A DNA stretch of 64,000 nt from an uncultured Bacteroidales bacterium (GTDB lineage Bacteria; Bacteroidota; Bacteroidia; Bacteroidales; UBA10428): the NCBI GenBank assembly GCA_964521285.1, contig CAZFQS010000001.1:62438-126437 (forward strand), read 5' to 3'. Positions 58,528-64,000 of this stretch are shown here, piece by piece (the first letter of the stretch is position 1; each line of letters begins with the position of its first letter). A program made the translations under genes and the position numbers. The notes under the pieces are model-generated. The model did not search any database and had not been told where the DNA came from. It saw nothing but the letters and a program-made list of their open reading frames with translations.

Positions 58528-59028
58528 TTATTTTCTTTTATAAGTAATAAATGAATACGAGAAGCTATTATTTTTATCCGGGGGATAATCCTCCTTTTCA
58601 ATTTCAATCCATTTGTCATAATTCAACTCAGGGAAATAGGTGTCAGCATCAAATGATTTATGTACCCTGGTTATGTATAGTTTTGTTGCATATTTTAGAA
58701 ACTGGGAGTAAATTGTTCCCCCGCCTATAATAAAATTCTCTTTGCCATCATCACATTTATTTAATGCATCATCAATAGAATACGCCATTATACAGCCATT
58801 GAATTTGTCATTTTTATCATCTGAAATAACTATATTTCTTCTGTCGGGCAAGGGCCCCCCAGGTAATGATTCAAATGTTCTTTTTCCCATTATGACTGTA
58901 TGACCAGTAGTGATTTTTCTAAACCTCTTTAAATCATTTGATATATGCCAAAGCAGTTTATTATCCTTTCCAATAGCATTATTTTCTGCAATAGCTATAA
59001 TTATTGAAATTTTCTTCATCTTCGCCAT
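58528..59028 (-). CDS. folA: Dihydrofolate reductase
   Basis: IGKDNKLLW, DLKRFR, MGKRTFES, PLPDRRN, IIGGGTIY, ADTYFP. Confidence 0.96.
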   Translation of the reverse strand: MAKMKKISIIIAIAENNAIGKDNKLLWHISNDLKRFRKITTGHTVIMGKRTFESLPGGPLPDRRNIVISDDKNDKFNGCIMAYSIDDALNKCDDGKENFIIGGGTIYSQFLKYATKLYITRVHKSFDADTYFPELNYDKWIEIEKEDYPPDKNNSFSYSFITYKRK

Positions 59029-59823
59029 TTATACTGAAATCTCTCCCTTAATATGTGGATGAGGATTGTAATTCTCCAAAGAGAAATCATCATAATCGAA
59101 ATCAAAAATATTTCCTATGTTCCTTTTGAATTTCATGGTTGGTAATTTACGAGGCTTCCTGGTTAACTGAAGTCTTACCTGGTCAATATGATTGGAATAA
59201 ATATGTGCATCACCAAAAGTATGAATAAATTCTTTTGGAGTGAGTTTAGTAACGTGAGCAATCATAATAAGTAAGAGTGAATAAGAAGCAATATTGAAAG
59301 GTACGCCCAGGAATATGTCCGCACTCCTTTGATAAAGCTGGCAGGACAAAGTTCCATTTTCCACATAAAACTGGAATAATACATGACAGGGTGGAAGAGC
59401 CATATGCTCCAGATCAGCAACATTCCATGCACTGATGATATGTCGACGCGAATCAGGATTATTCTTAATCGAATTTATCAATCCTGTTATCTGATCAATA
59501 TGTTTACCCTCACAAGATGGCCATGAACGCCATTGATAACCGTAAATACGTCCCAAATCCCCGTTTTCATCAGCCCATTCATCCCATATTTTTACTCCGT
59601 TATCATTAAGGTATTTAATATTTGTATCTCCCTTTAAAAACCATAATAACTCATAAATTATTGATTTTAAATGAAGTTTTTTTGTTGTAAGTAAGGGAAA
59701 TCCTTTGCTAAGATCGAACCTCATCTGGTAGCCAAAAATATTCAGTGTCCCCGTGCCGGTTCTATCTTCCTTTTTTGTGCCATTCTTTAACACGAAATCT
59801 AATAAATCCAAATACTGTCTCAT
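59029..59823 (-). CDS. thyA: Thymidylate synthase
   Basis: [52 protein letters not shown]. Confidence 0.98.
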   Translation of the reverse strand: MRQYLDLLDFVLKNGTKKEDRTGTGTLNIFGYQMRFDLSKGFPLLTTKKLHLKSIIYELLWFLKGDTNIKYLNDNGVKIWDEWADENGDLGRIYGYQWRSWPSCEGKHIDQITGLINSIKNNPDSRRHIISAWNVADLEHMALPPCHVLFQFYVENGTLSCQLYQRSADIFLGVPFNIASYSLLLIMIAHVTKLTPKEFIHTFGDAHIYSNHIDQVRLQLTRKPRKLPTMKFKRNIGNIFDFDYDDFSLENYNPHPHIKGEISV

Positions 59824-60070
59824 TAATGAATCTCACTAAGTTAAAGGCAGATATTATTATTTGAATAATCAAGACTAAATTTTGGTACTTAAGTCTATGA
59901 TTAGTATAATTCAGAATGTAATTTTGTACTATAAAAATGTAAAATTAATAAAGTGGAACTAATAACAAAGGATGCAATATTTAAATTTATTTACATCTGT
60001 TGATTACTTTTGTGTTATCAATACGAACAAGAGTATTAAAATTTAGTATTTTTATCGCAGTCTGGAATTT

Positions 60071-61174
60071 ATGAGTAAAACGGCAACATATATATTTATT
60101 ATCATTGGAGTAATAATATTGGGATTCATCCTGTGGTATTTCAAGAGTATTGTTGCCTATATACTTATTTCACTTGTTTTATCTCTTATAGGAGGCCCAA
60201 TTGTCAAACTTCTAGGAAAATTAAAAATTGGTAAAATATCTTTCTCAAAAGGAATTCGTGCGCTTATCACCTTAGTATTACTATGGATTGTTTTTTTTAC
60301 TTTTTTCAGAATATTTGTTCCGCTGATTGCAAAAGAAGCTAATGACTTTTCAAAAATAAATATTCAGGCAGTAGTAGAGGACCTTAACGACCCCCTAACA
60401 AGAGCAGATAAATTCATTGCGAAATTTAAATTATCTGCAGATGATGATGTATCAGTTAAAAATTTCTTCACAGAAAAACTGGCATCAATATTAAATATCA
60501 CTTTATTCTCAAATATATTTTCAACTATAGCCGGCCTCCTGGGAGATATATTTATTGCAATATTTGCTATTTCATTTATGACCTTCTTCTTTTTAAAAGA
60601 CGAGAGGATGTTTACGGAATCTATAATTCTTTTAGTACCTGATAAACATGTGGAAGCCTTCAGGCATGCATTAACATCTGTGCAAAAGCTATTAAGGAGA
60701 TATTTTATAGGTATTACGGGGCAAATAACCGGTATTATTATATTGGTTACAACTGGCCTCACAATAGTAGGTGTTGGTTTTAAACATAGTTTATTAATAG
60801 GATTCATGGCAGGAATACTGAATGTTATCCCATACCTTGGCCCATTACTGGGAGCTATTCTGGGTATAGTTTTGGGTGTTGCAACTCACCTGAACATGGA
60901 ATTTTATTCGGAATTATTACCCTTGATTGGTTATATGATCCTGGTGTTTATAATTGTACAGACTGTTGATAACGTGATATTCCAGCCATTTATTTATTCC
61001 AGCAGTGTTAATGCACATCCAATGGAAATCCTTCTAATTATTATGATTGCCGGCAGCCTTGCAGGTATTGCCGGAATGATTCTTGCAATACCAAGCTATA
61101 CAGTTTTAAGGGTGTTTGCAAAAGAATTTTTTAATAAATTTAAGGTCGTAAAAAAACTGACTGAAAAAATTTAG
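60071..61174 (+). CDS. AI-2E family (PerM/TqsA) transporter
   Basis: Multiple TM segments, FFFLKD, LNVIPYLGP, QTVDN.IFQP, VNAHP, GMILAIP. Confidence 0.9.
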   Translation: MSKTATYIFIIIGVIILGFILWYFKSIVAYILISLVLSLIGGPIVKLLGKLKIGKISFSKGIRALITLVLLWIVFFTFFRIFVPLIAKEANDFSKINIQAVVEDLNDPLTRADKFIAKFKLSADDDVSVKNFFTEKLASILNITLFSNIFSTIAGLLGDIFIAIFAISFMTFFFLKDERMFTESIILLVPDKHVEAFRHALTSVQKLLRRYFIGITGQITGIIILVTTGLTIVGVGFKHSLLIGFMAGILNVIPYLGPLLGAILGIVLGVATHLNMEFYSELLPLIGYMILVFIIVQTVDNVIFQPFIYSSSVNAHPMEILLIIMIAGSLAGIAGMILAIPSYTVLRVFAKEFFNKFKVVKKLTEKI

Positions 61175-61191
61175 TAGATTGCTCAACTTAT

Positions 61192-63093
61192 ATGACACAA
61201 AAATTTAAAATATCATTCGCACTGTTAATATTTTTGTTTATAAACAATGTTTGCGGGCAATATAACTTTCAGGCCGATGTTGTTGAAGGCTGTGATGAGC
61301 TTATAGGCATTAATTTCTCGCTTATAACTCCTGCCATTAGTGACAGTATTATATTAATAAGCTGGGATTTTGAGGGCGGTGATCCTCCGTTTAGTTTAAC
61401 TGCCGACAAAAATGAAGTTATTACAGTTAATTATAACAGTCCGGGCGCTTACCGGGTATTCGTAAATATTACTTTCACTTTTACAGATACAACAATAGAC
61501 AAAATTGATTATATTAATGTCCATCAGACAGTTTCTGCGGATTTTTCTTATTCAGATTCCCTGGAAATATCACCTTATACAAGGGTTTTCAGACACAGCG
61601 CGCCCCTCCTGGAGAATGAGTCTGCTTATAATTTTGACTGGGATTTTAATGATGGCACTACTGATACAGGCAGGGAGGTCGTTCATACATTTCCGGGGCC
61701 GGATACATATAATGTTAGCCTTACAGTTACTGACAGTTACGGGTGTTCAGATTCATATTCTGATAACGTGGTCGTTGAGCAACAGGCATCACCATATTCA
61801 ATAACTATGAGTGATTCTCAGGGCTGTGATTCAATTCGTGTGAAATTTACCCTTATCAATAATTCAGGAGTTGATACCTTAACATCAATATACTGGGATT
61901 TTGGTAACGGCCAGATAAGTAACTCATTTGATCCCGATATAGTTACCTATTATCCGGGGGTCTATTCAGTTAATTATATTCTGAACGGCGGAAGCGATAA
62001 TATCCTGATAGATACTATAAAGGTTTACCGGACAGCCATCGCTTCATTTGCTTATTCTGATACTTCTGAAATAGCTCCTTACAGTGCTGTATTCCGGCAT
62101 AATGGACAAATATTTTATAATATAACGGACTATAGCTTTGACTGGGATTTTGATGATGGAACTACTAATACGGGCCAATCAGTAATTCATACATTTCCGG
62201 GACCTGACACATATAATGTCAGACTAACGGTTAGTGATATTTATGGTTGCTCAGATTCCCGAACCAGGGCCGTAGTTATTACCGAGCCTATGGAGACTTT
62301 TATAACAGCAAGTGAAACTGAAGGTTGCGATTCCCTGAAAGTAAAGTTCGGACTGACAAATCTTGATACTGATACTATTACATCAATATACTGGGATTTT
62401 GGGAATGGGGAGACAAGTGACAACATTGATCCTGATACTGTTACCTACGAAAATACTGTCAGAGCCCAAAGAGCATTTGACATTACAATAATAATAAATG
62501 GTGACTCTGCAAATGCTAAAGCACATAATGATTTTATTACCGTTTACCGTACTGTTACAGCTGATTTCAGATGCGCCGACACCCTTACTACAAATCAATC
62601 AATAATCAAAGTATGCTGGAATACCGATCACCTGTATGTTACATCCTCAACATATGAATTTCTGTGGGATTTCGAAGGAATAGGTGAAGTTACAGGCAGA
62701 AGGCCTTTGTTATCGTTTCCTGCAAAAGATGACACTATAAGTGCCAGTCTGATTATAAATGATCTTACACATGGCTGTACTGATACCATAATTAGAGATC
62801 TTATTCTTTTAACAGAATTAAAGATCCAAAACTTCTTCACTCCCAATGATGACAATATATTTGATGAGTTTATTATTGAGGGGGGAAGTATGCCTTTGCA
62901 CATTATAATTTTTAGCCGGACAGGTACCCTGGTTTATGAAGCCAAAGGGCCCAAAACTATACGATGGGACGGAAAAACTGCTTCAGGACAGAAATTGAAG
63001 ACAGGTGTATACTTTTACATTTTGAAAGCCCTTGAAGCTGATCCTGCAGAAAGATACACGAAAAAAGGTTTTGTACATCTTTTCAGGGAGTAG
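61192..63093 (+). CDS. Multi-PKD surface protein with T9SS type-B (gliding-motility-associated) C-terminal domain
   Basis: Signal peptide; repeated WDFxDG/WDFGNG PKD motifs; a duplicated unit (HTFPGPDTYNVxLTVxDxYGCSDS twice); CTD IQNFFTPNDDNIFD..IFSRTG.LVY..WDG..GVYFY. Confidence 0.85.
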   Translation: MTQKFKISFALLIFLFINNVCGQYNFQADVVEGCDELIGINFSLITPAISDSIILISWDFEGGDPPFSLTADKNEVITVNYNSPGAYRVFVNITFTFTDTTIDKIDYINVHQTVSADFSYSDSLEISPYTRVFRHSAPLLENESAYNFDWDFNDGTTDTGREVVHTFPGPDTYNVSLTVTDSYGCSDSYSDNVVVEQQASPYSITMSDSQGCDSIRVKFTLINNSGVDTLTSIYWDFGNGQISNSFDPDIVTYYPGVYSVNYILNGGSDNILIDTIKVYRTAIASFAYSDTSEIAPYSAVFRHNGQIFYNITDYSFDWDFDDGTTNTGQSVIHTFPGPDTYNVRLTVSDIYGCSDSRTRAVVITEPMETFITASETEGCDSLKVKFGLTNLDTDTITSIYWDFGNGETSDNIDPDTVTYENTVRAQRAFDITIIINGDSANAKAHNDFITVYRTVTADFRCADTLTTNQSIIKVCWNTDHLYVTSSTYEFLWDFEGIGEVTGRRPLLSFPAKDDTISASLIINDLTHGCTDTIIRDLILLTELKIQNFFTPNDDNIFDEFIIEGGSMPLHIIIFSRTGTLVYEAKGPKTIRWDGKTASGQKLKTGVYFYILKALEADPAERYTKKGFVHLFRE

Positions 63094-63187
63094 TTATACT
63101 TGTAAAATTATAGTCGACAGCATAAATTTACAGATTCAGGTTGCTAAATATACCCGTTTAATAATAAGCTGAAATAGTTTTACCCGT

Positions 63188-63403
63188 ATGACAGGAAATG
63201 TATTCAGAAATATATTTCGGTTTTATCTTGATGGTTTTAAAAGTATGACATATGGTAAAACCCTTTGGATTATAATTTTAATAAAGCTATTTATAATATT
63301 TGCCGTTTTAAAACTTTTTTTCTTTCCGGATTTTTTAAAGAAAAATTTCTCTTCAGATAATGAGCGAAGTGATTACGTAATTGATCAACTTGCGAAACCT
63401 TAG
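63188..63403 (+). CDS. DUF4492 small membrane protein (cytochrome bd-associated in Bacteroidota)
   Basis: FYLDGFKSMTYGKTLWIIILIKLFIIFAVLKLFFFP; immediately upstream of cydA. Confidence 0.85.
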   Translation: MTGNVFRNIFRFYLDGFKSMTYGKTLWIIILIKLFIIFAVLKLFFFPDFLKKNFSSDNERSDYVIDQLAKP

Positions 63404-63412
63404 CCTAAGATA

Positions 63413-64000
63413 ATGGATGGAATTGATATATCATTAATTAACTGGTCAAGAGGCCAATTTGCTTTAACTGCTATTTATCACTGGCTGTTTGTCCCTCTCA
63501 CCCTTGGATTGTCTTTTATAATTGCTTTTATCGAGACTATCTATGTCAGAACAGGTAACGAAGAATGGAAAAGGATTACAAAATTCTGGATGACTTTGTT
63601 TGGAATAAACTTTGCTATCGGAGTAGCAACCGGTATTATCCTTGAATTTGAGTTTGGCACTAACTGGTCTAATTATTCCTGGTTTGTTGGTGACATTTTT
63701 GGAGCCCCCCTGGCTATCGAAGGAATAATGGCTTTCTTTCTTGAATCTACCTTTATTGCAGTTATGTTTTTTGGCTGGAATAAAGTAAGTAAAAAGTTCC
63801 ATTTATTATCAACCTGGCTTGTAGCTGTCGGAGCGAGTTTATCAGGCCTGTGGATTCTGGTTGCAAATGCATGGATGCAATACCCTGTTGGCATGCAATT
63901 CAATCCGGAAACTGCACGTAATGAGATGTTAAATTTTTTGGATGTCTTTCTCTCTCCGGTGGCCCTTAATAAATTTATTCATACTATTACCTCAGGTTTT
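63413..64000 (+). CDS. cydA: Cytochrome bd ubiquinol oxidase subunit I, 3'-truncated (absent from the ORF track)
   Basis: Manual translation: [75 protein letters not shown]. Confidence 0.97.
   Translation, partial: MDGIDISLINWSRGQFALTAIYHWLFVPLTLGLSFIIAFIETIYVRTGNEEWKRITKFWMTLFGINFAIGVATGIILEFEFGTNWSNYSWFVGDIFGAPLAIEGIMAFFLESTFIAVMFFGWNKVSKKFHLLSTWLVAVGASLSGLWILVANAWMQYPVGMQFNPETARNEMLNFLDVFLSPVALNKFIHTITSGF

Noticed and set aside
63188-64000. Cytochrome bd in an anaerobe as a novelty
   Set aside because: It is well known in Bacteroidales (nanaerobic respiration), and the DUF4492-cydA arrangement is typical.
1-64000. tRNA, rRNA, riboswitch, IS/integrase or prophage elements
   Set aside because: I recognised no cloverleaf, rRNA motif, riboswitch consensus, transposase, integrase or phage gene. 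An Infernal/tRNAscan run would be needed to exclude weak ncRNAs.

Overview
A 64 kb chromosomal window from an AT-rich Bacteroidota genome, probably an uncultured Bacteroidales/Marinilabiliales-like anaerobe. The assignment rests on TAnnTTTG -7 promoter elements, Bacteroidota-type parE/parC and lysS, a T9SS type-B CTD protein and DUF4492-cydA. I saw no rRNA, tRNA, CRISPR array, integrase or transposase. Layout: (1) 1-12.9 kb is a xylan locus with a GPH transporter (5'-truncated), cytoplasmic GH10, PfkB kinase, atypical NagZ-type GH3, divergent GH116, CBM4/22-GH30 and a convergent GH115. (2) 13-20 kb holds a frameshifted adenosine deaminase, a DHOD-like protein, an RRM + cold-shock bicistron behind a long leader, a B12 radical SAM, a PHP-like protein and rsgA. 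(3) 20-26 kb is araA-araD-araB-galM-araR with a candidate NrtR-type operator. (4) 26-32 kb has an orphan crtI-crtB pair and small metabolic genes. (5) 32-43 kb is housekeeping (parC, parE, lysS, lipA, lipB, recJ, HIT). (6) 43-54.4 kb is the most notable part: an operon of an uncharacterised degenerate-KaiC/ATP-grasp (PPDK_N-only) protein followed by gltB-gltD, divergent from a GAF-GAF sigma54 activator. The spacer contains a correctly spaced -24/-12 element and a perfect NtrC-type GCAC-N7-GTGC box. (7) 54-64 kb has an M14 peptidase, nitroreductase, MORN lipoprotein, folA, thyA, AI-2E transporter, PKD protein, DUF4492 and cydA (3'-truncated). A family of short tandem octamer arrays (YAATAGAR) occurs three times, each just after a minus-strand stop codon. 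All calls are motif recognition by eye; no searches were run.
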